From positions 1 through 24,000 of the forward strand of contig JAPOTR010000048.1 of assembly GCA_026709085.1 (NCBI GenBank): a stretch of DNA of 24,000 bases, read 5' to 3'. Position 1 is the stretch's first letter, and every line of letters begins with the position of its first letter. Source of the stretch: Cyanobacteria bacterium MAG CAR3_bin_5 (lineage in GTDB: Bacteria; Cyanobacteriota; Cyanobacteriia; PCC-6307; Cyanobiaceae). Shown piece after piece: positions 1-8,292 of this stretch. The notes below the pieces were generated by a model. It made no database searches. It was not told the origin of the DNA and was given only the letters and a program-made list of their open reading frames with translations. Position numbers and translations under genes: made by a program.

Positions 1-243
1 TCAGGCACTAGGCTCTTCTACGGCCTGCAACAGTCCCTATTTCACAGGTTCCTTAACTTTCCAAATGCCACTGATTCCCTTTCATCTCGGTTGAGGAGTA
101 ACAGTAAGGAAGGGCAGCGGCGCTGTGCAGTAAGGCTGACACGGAGAGGAAATTTTTTCCAGTGGCTCCTTCTGTAAACTCCACAGCAGTGGCTTCTGAT
201 CGCCATGTGTTTGGCAGGACCAAGCATCTTCAGAAAGACTTGA

Positions 244-2004
244 TTAGTAGTCATCATCATCCATCAACTCGTTGTCAGATGCAGCGTTGCCTTGTAGTGA
301 GTCTCCGACAATTTGGCGCACTCTTGAAATGATAAGGTTGGCGCGTTCACGACAAAACTCTTCAAACCTGTTAATGGAGAAGCTGTCTGCCCATTGTGGA
401 TCTTCAGGCTCACCGGGAATGAGACAATCATTCACTCTCCTGCTCAAATCACCAAGTGGTATGCCTGCAGTACGCGCACGATCTACCATCTCTTTGAAAT
501 ACTCCTTTGGATAGGCTTCACCAAGATACAAATTTGAATCAGACAAGATTGTCATTCTATTGCAAATACTGTCTAACTTGTTTTTAGCTAAATTATGTAT
601 TTTGTTTGCATTTTTTGGAAAAATATGATGATCATGCAATTGAGATTCAAGTTTAATTTCATCACCAGTCCAAAAATCCTGACGAACACTAATAGCGAAA
701 ATATTCTGTAAAGATTTATATCTTACATCTGACGACTTGAGTGTAAGAAGACTTTCTGGATTCAGATCCACCGTTGGAGTTTCTGGTGGCTGACCTGTAC
801 AGGCATATTTCAACAAAGCCTTGAAATCCTGGCTCACTTGATAGTTTGATGACTGTGCCCGACTAGACTGCATAACTTTGCTGAAGTACCAGCGACGGAT
901 AATATCACGGTTTTCACTCCAAGGATCTACACGTTGCTCACGGAATATCAGGCTTCGAACTGCTGCCAGAGAGACGAGTAGACTGTGCCTTGGCAGTGTT
1001 TCTGGTCGGGCACCTTGTTTCTTGGCAAATCCATATGCCTCAGCAAGGGATTCTGATGCCATGTCCCATTCTTCATAAATCGATTGTGGTTTCAAATTCA
1101 TCAGACTACTCCTTGTGGGTTCCATATACTTGTACTTCGGATTATCTTGATTACAAGTAGCTGTCACAAGATATAAAACTTGGAGAATACGCTCACCATC
1201 AACGTCAAAATCTTTCAAGATCGGATGTTTCTCTTGTGTGCTTTGCCATAACTTACGCAGGTCTGGTTCAGGATAGAAGCGAGCGACAGCGAGATCAAAA
1301 GTCTTCAAACGTGTTCCAGTACTATTAATTGTTTCAAAAATTCGGCAGACAGATTCTATCTTACTACTTCTCTCTATTATAATAGCTGGCACTTTGTAGT
1401 TTCTTATAATCTCAAATATACCCTTTATTTTAGCCGCAGCTTCGCGACTTTCTTTTCTATCAAGTCTATCAAAATCTCCAGAATCTTCAATATACTCACT
1501 CACATAAACATCCGCTCTTGCTTGCTCTAGAACAATGTCGGCACGAAGAAATTGTCCCTTTTTATCTTTGCGATCTGGTGTATATTTCCCACGCTTGAGA
1601 CATGAAATCCATGAATCTTCTCCTTTTTCATGTGATTCTTTCATTTTCTTGAGATCAAAGTAGTAACATCTCTTCAAATCTGCATTTAGAAAAACACGAG
1701 CAATTGATGTGAGTCTCTGTTGACCATCTAAAATATAATATTCATTATCATCGACATTGTTCATCTGACTATTGTTCTCAGATGAATGAATTTCAGCTTC
1801 AATGGAACGAGCGTTGAATTGTAATTCTGAGTTTTTACTCAGTAAGAGTAAGGAACCAATTGGATATGATCGTGACATCGAATCAATCAGAAGTGTAGTT
1901 TGAGATTGCTTCCAAATGAATTTGCGTTGAAACCGCGGAATGGTGAGGGTTCCACCCCTTGCACGTCCGAGCAACTCGTTGAGGCTGTAGCTTGTGGTCT
2001 GCAA
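244..2004 (-). CDS. DUF262 N-terminal domain fused to a DUF1524/His-Me-finger-like C-terminal nuclease region; GmrSD/SspE-like type IV restriction-type defence protein
   Basis: 586-aa ORF. N-terminal IPRFQRKFIWK, PIGSLLLL, ILDGQQRLTSI and FETINSTGTRLKTFDL are DUF262 hallmarks. C-terminal LHDHHIFPKN...NRMTILSDSN resembles the H/N nuclease motif of DUF1524. The ORF is visibly AT-rich relative to trpB next door. Confidence 0.8.
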   Translation of the reverse strand: MQTTSYSLNELLGRARGGTLTIPRFQRKFIWKQSQTTLLIDSMSRSYPIGSLLLLSKNSELQFNARSIEAEIHSSENNSQMNNVDDNEYYILDGQQRLTSIARVFLNADLKRCYYFDLKKMKESHEKGEDSWISCLKRGKYTPDRKDKKGQFLRADIVLEQARADVYVSEYIEDSGDFDRLDRKESREAAAKIKGIFEIIRNYKVPAIIIERSSKIESVCRIFETINSTGTRLKTFDLAVARFYPEPDLRKLWQSTQEKHPILKDFDVDGERILQVLYLVTATCNQDNPKYKYMEPTRSSLMNLKPQSIYEEWDMASESLAEAYGFAKKQGARPETLPRHSLLVSLAAVRSLIFREQRVDPWSENRDIIRRWYFSKVMQSSRAQSSNYQVSQDFKALLKYACTGQPPETPTVDLNPESLLTLKSSDVRYKSLQNIFAISVRQDFWTGDEIKLESQLHDHHIFPKNANKIHNLAKNKLDSICNRMTILSDSNLYLGEAYPKEYFKEMVDRARTAGIPLGDLSRRVNDCLIPGEPEDPQWADSFSINRFEEFCRERANLIISRVRQIVGDSLQGNAASDNELMDDDDY

Positions 2005-2073
2005 GTGGTTGACCTCGCTGGTCCGAGTGGAAATCCAACTTTACCACACCCCGCGCCACCCCCACAATGCCCT

Positions 2074-3336
2074 TCACCCCACTTCCTGCCCCAACCGCTC
2101 CGCCACGCTGTTCACGTCTTTATCACCCCGGCCGGAGCAATTGATCACCACTTCCGTTCCTGACGGTAGGGTGGGGCAGAGGGTTTCCAGCCAGGCCAGG
2201 GCGTGGGCTGTTTCCAGGGCGGGAATGATGCCCTCAAGTTGACTGAGGCGCTGCAAGGCCGCCAGGGCCTCATCATCGGAGACAGCCACGTATTCAGCCC
2301 GGCCAATGTCTTGCAGGTAGCTGTGCTCCGGACCCACTCCTGGATAGTCCAGGCCGGCGCTGATGGAATGGGCTGCCAACACCTGCCCTTCCCCGTCCTG
2401 CAGCAGAAGACTCATGGCCCCGTGGAGCACGCCAAGCCGGCCTGCCGTCAGGGTGGCGGCATGGCGGCCGGTGGCTACCCCTTCACCGGCGGCTTCCACC
2501 CCGATGAGCCGCACCCGTTGATCCTCCACAAAGGGATGGAACAGTCCCATGGCGTTGGAGCCGCCCCCCACGCAGGCCATGAGCACGTCAGGATGGCGGC
2601 CGAAGGCCTCTTGACACTGATCCCTGGTTTCCTCACCGATAACCCGGTGGAAATCCCGCACCAATTGGGGATAGGGATGGGGACCGGCCACGGAGCCCAG
2701 GATGTAATGGCTGGATTCCACGTTGGTGACCCAGTCGCGGATGGCTTCGCTGGTGGCTTCCTTGAGGGTGGCGGCGCCCGCCGTGACGGGGCGCACCTCA
2801 GCCCCCAACAGACCCATACGGAACACGTTCAATGCCTGACGGCCCATATCCTCGGCCCCCATATAAATCACACACTCCAACCCGAAACGGGCGCAGACCG
2901 TGGCGGTGGCCACCCCGTGTTGACCGGCGCCGGTTTCCGCCAGGATCCGTGTCTTGCCCATGCGACGGGCCAGGAGCACCTGACCCAGGGCGTTGTTGAT
3001 CTTGTGGGCGCCGGTGTGGTTGAGATCTTCCCGCTTCAGCCACAGACGGGGACCACCGTCGGGGTGCTGGTAGTGCTCCGTGAGCCGGGTGGCTTCGTAG
3101 AGGGGGGTGGGCCGACCTACGTAGGTGCGCAGCAGGTGGTTCAGTTCGCTGGTGAAGGCCGGATCCCGCCAAGCCCGGGCGGTGGCCTGCTCCAGTTCCT
3201 GCAGGGCGGGAATCAGGGTTTCCGGCACGTACTGTCCCCCGAAGCGCCCGAAGCGGCCCCGGCTGTTGGGGCGCGTGGCGGGGGACAGGGCCTCTCCGCT
3301 GATGAGACCGGTCTGGGAGGGGGTCACGGTGAGCAA
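2074..3336 (-). CDS. trpB: tryptophan synthase beta subunit
   Basis: 420-aa ORF with [12 protein letters not shown], the PLP-lysine region [17 protein letters not shown], and GGGSNAMG. There is no in-frame ATG upstream of the conserved core, so the start is TTG at 3336 or GTG at 3327. Confidence 0.95.
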   Translation of the reverse strand: MLTVTPSQTGLISGEALSPATRPNSRGRFGRFGGQYVPETLIPALQELEQATARAWRDPAFTSELNHLLRTYVGRPTPLYEATRLTEHYQHPDGGPRLWLKREDLNHTGAHKINNALGQVLLARRMGKTRILAETGAGQHGVATATVCARFGLECVIYMGAEDMGRQALNVFRMGLLGAEVRPVTAGAATLKEATSEAIRDWVTNVESSHYILGSVAGPHPYPQLVRDFHRVIGEETRDQCQEAFGRHPDVLMACVGGGSNAMGLFHPFVEDQRVRLIGVEAAGEGVATGRHAATLTAGRLGVLHGAMSLLLQDGEGQVLAAHSISAGLDYPGVGPEHSYLQDIGRAEYVAVSDDEALAALQRLSQLEGIIPALETAHALAWLETLCPTLPSGTEVVINCSGRGDKDVNSVAERLGQEVG

Positions 3337-3351
3337 AGCGAAGGATCCAGT

Positions 3352-4458
3352 TTAACTGCGGCGATAGAAGGGGCGGCGCACCACCTGGGCGGCCACCTGT
3401 TGCCCCCGCACCTGCACCAACAGGTCCGTGCCGGGCTTAGCCATGGCGGGGGGTACGTAACCCAGGGCAACGGCATGGCCCAGGCTGGGGGACCAGCTTC
3501 CACTGGTGACCACTCCGATGATGTTCCCGGCAGTGTCCAGAATGGAATGGCCGTGGCGGGCAATGGCGCGCCCCTGGAGGACGAGGCCCGCCAGCCGTCG
3601 TGGCACACCCGTGCGGGTCTGGGCTTCCAAAGCCTTGCGACCGATGAAGGGATGGGGCATTTCCAGATGGACCAGCCATCCCAGGGAAGCCTCCAGAGGG
3701 GTGTGGCTGGCGTCCATGTCCTGGCCATAGAGGTGGAGGGCCGCCTCAAGGCGCAGGGTATCCCGGGCCGCCAGGCCACAGGGTTGCGCCCCGTGCTCCA
3801 GCAGCTCCCGCCACAATTGTTGCCCCCCTGCACGGGACACCAGCATCTCCACCCCGTCCTCGCCGGTGTAGCCGGTGCGGGCCAGAAACACCTGCTCATC
3901 CCCCCAGGCCAGTTGGCGATGGCCGAAACGGGGCAGCCCCTGCAGGTCCCAGCCCCGCAAACGCTCCAGCAGGGGCACGGCCCGGGGACCCTGCAGGGCC
4001 AGCAGCACCCCGTCCCCCTTGCGGTTGGAGACGGTGCAACCCCTGGGCAGAAGATGGCGCTCCAGCCAGGCGGTATCCGCGGCGCAGCGGGCGGCGTTCA
4101 CCACCACCACCACCTCATGGTCACCTGCCACCAGGCCACGGTCATAGACAATCAGGTCGTCAAGGATGCCCCCCTGTTCATTGAGCAGGACCGTGTACTG
4201 GGCTTCCCCCGGGCCAATGCGCCCCAGATCCGACGGCGCCAGCCCCTGGAGGGCGTCCTTCACCGCCGGTCCCCGCAGGGTGAGCACCCCCATATGGGAA
4301 ATGTCGAACATCCCGACGGCATTGCGCACAGCCCGGTGCTCCGCCACCACCCCGGCAAACTGCAAGGGCATGATCCAGCCGGCAAAAGGATTAAAACGCG
4401 CTCCAGCCGCCTGGGCAGCCCCGTGGAGGGGGGTGGTTTGACCGGTGCTGTGGTCCAT
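3352..4458 (-). CDS. gcvT: glycine cleavage system aminomethyltransferase (T protein)
   Basis: 368-aa ORF with an ATG start. It contains GWIMPLQF, AVRNAVGMFDISHMG, YTGEDGVE and ARDTLRLEA, typical of GcvT. Confidence 0.93.
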   Translation of the reverse strand: MDHSTGQTTPLHGAAQAAGARFNPFAGWIMPLQFAGVVAEHRAVRNAVGMFDISHMGVLTLRGPAVKDALQGLAPSDLGRIGPGEAQYTVLLNEQGGILDDLIVYDRGLVAGDHEVVVVVNAARCAADTAWLERHLLPRGCTVSNRKGDGVLLALQGPRAVPLLERLRGWDLQGLPRFGHRQLAWGDEQVFLARTGYTGEDGVEMLVSRAGGQQLWRELLEHGAQPCGLAARDTLRLEAALHLYGQDMDASHTPLEASLGWLVHLEMPHPFIGRKALEAQTRTGVPRRLAGLVLQGRAIARHGHSILDTAGNIIGVVTSGSWSPSLGHAVALGYVPPAMAKPGTDLLVQVRGQQVAAQVVRRPFYRRS

Positions 4459-4524
4459 GGACGGGGAGAAATGGCTGGGGTCCCTTCAGTCTGCCGTGGT
4501 GAGGGCGTGGCTCCTGTGCCGGGG

Positions 4525-5163
4525 TCACACCGGCCGGCGGGGTTTGCTGGTGATTTCCAGCACTTGGCGGCGGGCGCCGGGGTTGTCCAGGCACTCCAGA
4601 CAATAGCGGGCCACCAGGCGGCGAGGAATAACGCCTTGCTGCTGGGTGTTGGCGCCGCTCACCGCCAACTCCTGCTGCTCCAGATCCGTCTCCGCTTCCT
4701 TGAGGCCCCCCGGTCGCACAACGGTCCAGTTCAGACCACTGTTCTCCAGGGCCTCTTCTCCCCAACGCTTGCACACCAGGATCAGGCCGAACAGATTGAG
4801 GTTGTGCCAAAGCCGGCCGCTGCACAGGGAACTCACCAGCACCACCCGCCCCACGCCGGCCTGCTGACAGGCCTGCACCTGCCGTTGTACACCCTGGGCA
4901 TCCACCTGGAACGGCCCCAGGAGATTGGCGGACGGTCGCGCCCCTGTGGCCATCACCAGGCTGTGACAACCAGTCAGGGCCTCCACGAGTTGGGGCAACC
5001 GGCCAAAGTCCAGGCGCCGGACATCACAATCGGCCAGTGACGGGGGCAACCTGGAGGCTGGCCGCACCAGCAGCCGCACCGTCCGCCCCTGGGCCAGGGC
5101 CTCTTCAGCAACGCGAAAACCCGTACGGCCACTGGCGCCGCTGATGGCCACAATGTTGTCCAT
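4525..5163 (-). CDS. NAD(P)H-binding SDR-family protein (Ycf39/Tic62-like atypical SDR)
   Basis: Rossmann motif VAISGASGRTG sits right after the ATG at 5163. The track ORF extends to a TTG at 5190. LNLFGLILVCKRWGE and VVRPGGL resemble NAD(P)-binding NmrA/Tic62-like proteins. Confidence 0.8.
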   Translation of the reverse strand: MDNIVAISGASGRTGFRVAEEALAQGRTVRLLVRPASRLPPSLADCDVRRLDFGRLPQLVEALTGCHSLVMATGARPSANLLGPFQVDAQGVQRQVQACQQAGVGRVVLVSSLCSGRLWHNLNLFGLILVCKRWGEEALENSGLNWTVVRPGGLKEAETDLEQQELAVSGANTQQQGVIPRRLVARYCLECLDNPGARRQVLEITSKPRRPV

Positions 5164-5372
5164 AGCGCTTTGTATTCCAAGGCGGCTCAACTGTAAAAGA
5201 AACGGTGGGTCTGGCGTGAGATCCCCATGGCAACATCCTTGGGGTTCAAGACGTTGAGAATAACCCCGGTTCTGAATACGACACTCCCTTGTGCCTGGTC
5301 TGTTGGCCAGGATTTCCAGCCTTTCCTATGGGATAACCTCTCACCATGAAAAGTCAACCTGCGTCCCCATCT

Positions 5373-5400
5373 CGTCATTCCCGCTTTCGCGAGAATGACG
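5373..5400 (-). other. stable stem-loop in the tonB-SDR spacer (8-bp stem plus inner 3-bp stem capped by GAAA on the minus strand)
   Basis: CGTCATTC (5373-5380) pairs with GAATGACG (5393-5400). The inner CGC/GCG pair closes a loop that reads GAAA (GNRA) on the minus strand, which is the transcribed strand of the flanking genes. Confidence 0.5.
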
Positions 5401-5483
5401 AAAAAGAAGTGGGAAATCGCGATTTTTCATGGTCTCCTTATCCAGAACTCGGGTTTGGGTAGCAAAATGTTGAAAACAGGATT

Positions 5484-6275
5484 TTAACGCAGATTGAAAG
5501 ATATTGTGATAACCATCTCCCAGGTCTCTCTGATTTTCGCCATCTCATCAGGAAATGGGGGAAACGGCGCGGCACGTCGAATCGATGCCAAAGCTTCTTT
5601 ATTCAGCCGAATGTTATCGGTGTGTATTACGCTAGGAGGTTCCGAGAATTCACCATTGCGGTTGATAGAAACAGTCACCAGGACCTTCCCCTCAAACCCA
5701 CGCCTCTGCAAACTTTGAGGATAGTGTTTATGTCTTTCCACCTGTTCAGCGGCGGCTATTTTATATTCACTCTGTAACTGGGCCAGATCCACGTTATCCA
5801 GGATGGGTGTGGGCACCGCTGCCGTGGTGGTGGGCGGCGGCTCCTTCGTTGTAATCGTGATCAAGGGGGTGATGTCCTCATTGACAGCGGTTGTGGCCTC
5901 CCTGGCCGGTGTTTGTGGGATGGCCACCGGCGTCGGATTGACGGCAGTCACGGCTGGCTGTGACGCCGGTGCCGGCTGGATCGGCGCCACAACCACTTCG
6001 GGCTCCGGCGGGGGCTGCTCCACAGCCTTCGGGGTTGGCGGCGTTATCTCCGGCTCAGGCTGACGGCCCACCGGCGGCCTAGGCGCAGGGGGCGTCACTG
6101 CCGGGGTGGGGCTGGCTGGTGCGGGAGGGGTGGCCAGGGACACCAGAATGGGCTCGGTTGGCGGCGGCTCGCTATTGCGCCTGAACAGAGCCTGGGGCAG
6201 TGTGACCGCCGTCAGGGCGTGGACGGTCAGGGCGGTGGCAAACGCCATGATCCATTGGGGTGGGGAGAGGGTCAT
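5484..6275 (-). CDS. tonB: TonB-family energy transducer
   Basis: 263 aa with an N-terminal TM helix, a long Pro-rich spacer (PPAPASPTPAVTPPAPRPP...) and a C-terminal TonB domain (YPQSLQRRGFEGKVLVTVSINRNGE). It is the last gene of the exbBD cluster. Confidence 0.85.
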   Translation of the reverse strand: MTLSPPQWIMAFATALTVHALTAVTLPQALFRRNSEPPPTEPILVSLATPPAPASPTPAVTPPAPRPPVGRQPEPEITPPTPKAVEQPPPEPEVVVAPIQPAPASQPAVTAVNPTPVAIPQTPAREATTAVNEDITPLITITTKEPPPTTTAAVPTPILDNVDLAQLQSEYKIAAAEQVERHKHYPQSLQRRGFEGKVLVTVSINRNGEFSEPPSVIHTDNIRLNKEALASIRRAAPFPPFPDEMAKIRETWEMVITISFNLR

Positions 6276-6281
6276 GGCGGG

Positions 6282-6725
6282 TCAGGGATGATCAGGGACG
6301 GTCAGAAGCTGAAGTTGTTCAATCCCGGCGGCCCGCAGGCGGCTCATCACAGCCACCACCTCGGCAGCCCCTGCCGCTGCCGCAGCCCGCAGCACCAGGG
6401 GCGCATCCGTGCTCCCCGCCTCGGGATACGGGGCCAGGGCAAGCTGCAAGTTGTCCTGGGGCGCCATTTCCCCATTGAGGAAAAGGCGGCCCTGGGCATC
6501 CATGGACAGGGTCACGGCCTGGGGGGAGGACGGATCCTGGTTGATGGAGAGGGGCGGCTCGATTTTCACTTGTTCCGCTGCCGGCGTTCCCGCCAGCATG
6601 AAAAATATCAACAGAAGAAACACCATGTTAATGAGTGGCAGCACCCGCTGGTCGTCGTTCTTATCCCCTGCCCGGTGAAAGTGCATGGGGCGGCGCCGTT
6701 GAATGTTTATCGGAAGATCCATCAC
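6282..6725 (-). CDS. exbD: ExbD/TolR-family biopolymer transport protein (second paralog)
   Basis: 147 aa with PLINMVFLLLIFFML, the typical ExbD/TolR TM segment. It lies between the first exbD and tonB. Confidence 0.85.
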   Translation of the reverse strand: MMDLPINIQRRRPMHFHRAGDKNDDQRVLPLINMVFLLLIFFMLAGTPAAEQVKIEPPLSINQDPSSPQAVTLSMDAQGRLFLNGEMAPQDNLQLALAPYPEAGSTDAPLVLRAAAAAGAAEVVAVMSRLRAAGIEQLQLLTVPDHP

Positions 6726-6727
6726 TT

Positions 6728-7132
6728 CTACTCCCCCGTTCCCGCCTGCAGGAACGACACCCGATTGGCTCCTGCTCCCCGTAGTTGATCCAGCACGTTC
6801 ACGGCTTGTTGTAAAGACACCCCGTCGACAGGCTCCAGCACCACCTGTCGCTGGGGCTGAAGCGCGATCCGCTCCCTCAACCGGGCCAGAGAAACAGGTT
6901 GACCGTCAAGCTGCAGGGCATCCCGCCCGATGGTTACCACCAACACCCGGTCCTGTGCCTGTGTTGGCGCAGGGTTGCTATCGGAGATATGGAGATCAAT
7001 CCTGTTGGTGCGTTGCAAATTGGACACCAGCATAAAGAAGATGAGGAGGATAAAGACAACGTCAATCAAGGGGGTCAGGCTGACGGCGCCCCTGGAACGG
7101 CGCCCCTGGAACGGCGGGACGTGCAACGTCAT
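6728..7132 (-). CDS. exbD: ExbD/TolR-family biopolymer transport protein (first paralog)
   Basis: 134 aa with LTPLIDVVFILLIFFML. Its ATG overlaps the exbB stop as ATGA at 7129-7132. Confidence 0.85.
   Translation of the reverse strand: MTLHVPPFQGRRSRGAVSLTPLIDVVFILLIFFMLVSNLQRTNRIDLHISDSNPAPTQAQDRVLVVTIGRDALQLDGQPVSLARLRERIALQPQRQVVLEPVDGVSLQQAVNVLDQLRGAGANRVSFLQAGTGE
7083..7116. repeat. 14-nt tandem direct repeat, about 2.4 copies, inside the first codons of exbD
   Basis: ACGGCGCCCCTGGA occurs at 7083-7096 and again at 7097-7110, followed by a partial ACGGCG at 7111-7116. It encodes FQGRRSRGAV on the minus strand. Confidence 0.95.
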
Positions 7133-7836
7133 GGCGTCACCCTGGGGAGATCCTGGGAGAGGTCGGTGGTGAACACCCGCGTGGTCAGATCGTGCAATCC
7201 ATGGGTGAATCGTTCAATGCGGCTCTCCAGCAGGTTGAGCACCGCAACCACGGGAATGGCAACGCTGAGGCCGGCTGCCGTGGTGAGCAACGCCTCCCAG
7301 ATTCCTCCCGAGAGTGTTGATGGATTGATTGCGTTCTCGGCTTGTGCAATCTGTTGGAAGGCTTCAATCATGCCCAGGACGGTGCCCAGAAGACCCAGGA
7401 GAGGGGCCAGGGATGCCGTCACCTCCAGCAGCCGCAGATTGGCCCTGAGGGAGACCACAACAGCATGGCTGGCTCGCTCCACCTCCTCCCGCACCATGGT
7501 TGTCGGCAGGCGGTGATGCTGACCCCGGATTGCCTGGGCCAGCACCGCCGCGGCGGGGTTACGGCAGCGCCGCGCCACCTCCAGGGCCCGGGTCGATTCC
7601 CCCTCCAGATGCAACGCCAGCACGTGGCGCACCGTCTGCAACCGATGCAGTTCAAGGGCGTGAAATTGCCAAAGCTTGGCCACGGCAACCGTCAGCGCCA
7701 GCACCGACATCCCCAGCAACACAACAATGACCGGCCCGCCGGCATCAATCAGTCGCCCCACAGGCTGGAGTACCGCCAGTGGTTCCGCCGTGACCGGCGC
7801 CGCCTCAAGACGAACGGGGGCCAAAGAGGAAAGCAT
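7129..7836 (-). CDS. exbB: MotA/TolQ/ExbB proton-channel protein
   Basis: 235 aa with APLLGLLGTVLGMIEAF and GGIWEALLTTAAGLSVAIP, the conserved ExbB/TolQ TM2-TM3 region. Confidence 0.88.
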   Translation of the reverse strand: MLSSLAPVRLEAAPVTAEPLAVLQPVGRLIDAGGPVIVVLLGMSVLALTVAVAKLWQFHALELHRLQTVRHVLALHLEGESTRALEVARRCRNPAAAVLAQAIRGQHHRLPTTMVREEVERASHAVVVSLRANLRLLEVTASLAPLLGLLGTVLGMIEAFQQIAQAENAINPSTLSGGIWEALLTTAAGLSVAIPVVAVLNLLESRIERFTHGLHDLTTRVFTTDLSQDLPRVTP

Positions 7837-7843
7837 CGCCCTT

Positions 7844-7855
7844 TTGCTTAAGCAA
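7844..7855. promoter_or_regulatory. perfect 12-nt palindrome TTGCTTAAGCAA immediately upstream of the exbB start; candidate operator
   Basis: Read directly from the sequence. It sits 8 nt upstream of the exbB ATG at 7836. No known binding-site family was assigned. Confidence 0.3.
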
Positions 7856-8055
7856 GGCCCAGGCTAGCGCCTGCCTGGGGCCGTCAGCAGGAATCGTGGC
7901 CGCCGTTGCAGACCCATGGGCACAGGCGGGCGTGACGGGCTATTCATCGCCACGGCATCACACGGCATCGGGTGAGATCCGCCACACTCACTCAGCAATT
8001 CCAGGCTGTCGCAGCGGCAAACCGTTCGTACACTGGGGGGAATCGCACCGGCGCC

Positions 8056-8274
8056 ATGGATCCCAAGCTCACCTGGTACCTGAAGGCCCAGGCAGGGGTG
8101 CTCTTGCTCCCCGCCGGCCTTTGTCTCTTCGGCCAGGCCGTCATCAACAAGGGCTCGGATCAGCCCTGGTTCTGGCTGGGCGCCGCCAGTTTGATTGTCA
8201 TCAATACAGGCCTTGGTCTGATGATCGATTCCGGCTTGATCCGTGGATACCCCGGCTCCCGGGAGTCCTCCTAG
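8056..8274 (+). CDS. small hypothetical membrane protein with two predicted hydrophobic helices
   Basis: The internal ATG at 8056 of track ORF 7972..8274 gives MDPKLTWYLKAQAGVLLLPAGLCLFGQ...WFWLGAASLIVINTGLGLMI. No family was recognised. It is convergent with moaE. Confidence 0.4.
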   Translation: MDPKLTWYLKAQAGVLLLPAGLCLFGQAVINKGSDQPWFWLGAASLIVINTGLGLMIDSGLIRGYPGSRESS

Positions 8275-8292
8275 GGGAAGCACCGGGAAGGC

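Noticed and set aside
161-196. Direct repeat CAGTGGCT (twice), whose complement contains the string GCCACTG
   Set aside because: It is too short, and no other cobalamin-riboswitch elements or downstream gene context are present.
42-260. 72-aa minus-strand ORF overlapping the DUF262 stop
   Set aside because: The sequence is Arg/Cys/His-rich and not protein-like, and no motif was found. Its ATGATGATG start is simply the reverse reading of the acidic DDDD tail codons of the upstream gene's region.
2203-5040. 945-aa plus-strand ORF, the longest in the track
   Set aside because: It runs antisense to three well-supported genes (trpB, gcvT, SDR). Its product is Gly/Pro/His/Ala-rich with no recognisable motifs. 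It is a typical stop-free antisense frame in high-GC DNA.
5437-5449. 13-nt identity CTTATCCAGAACT shared with 19804-19816, with looser similarity over about 27 nt; also 8/9 match to a DnaA box
   Set aside because: A few exact 13-mer matches are expected by chance in 24 kb, and the flanks diverge immediately. A single 8/9 DnaA-box match at each site is not meaningful without clustering.
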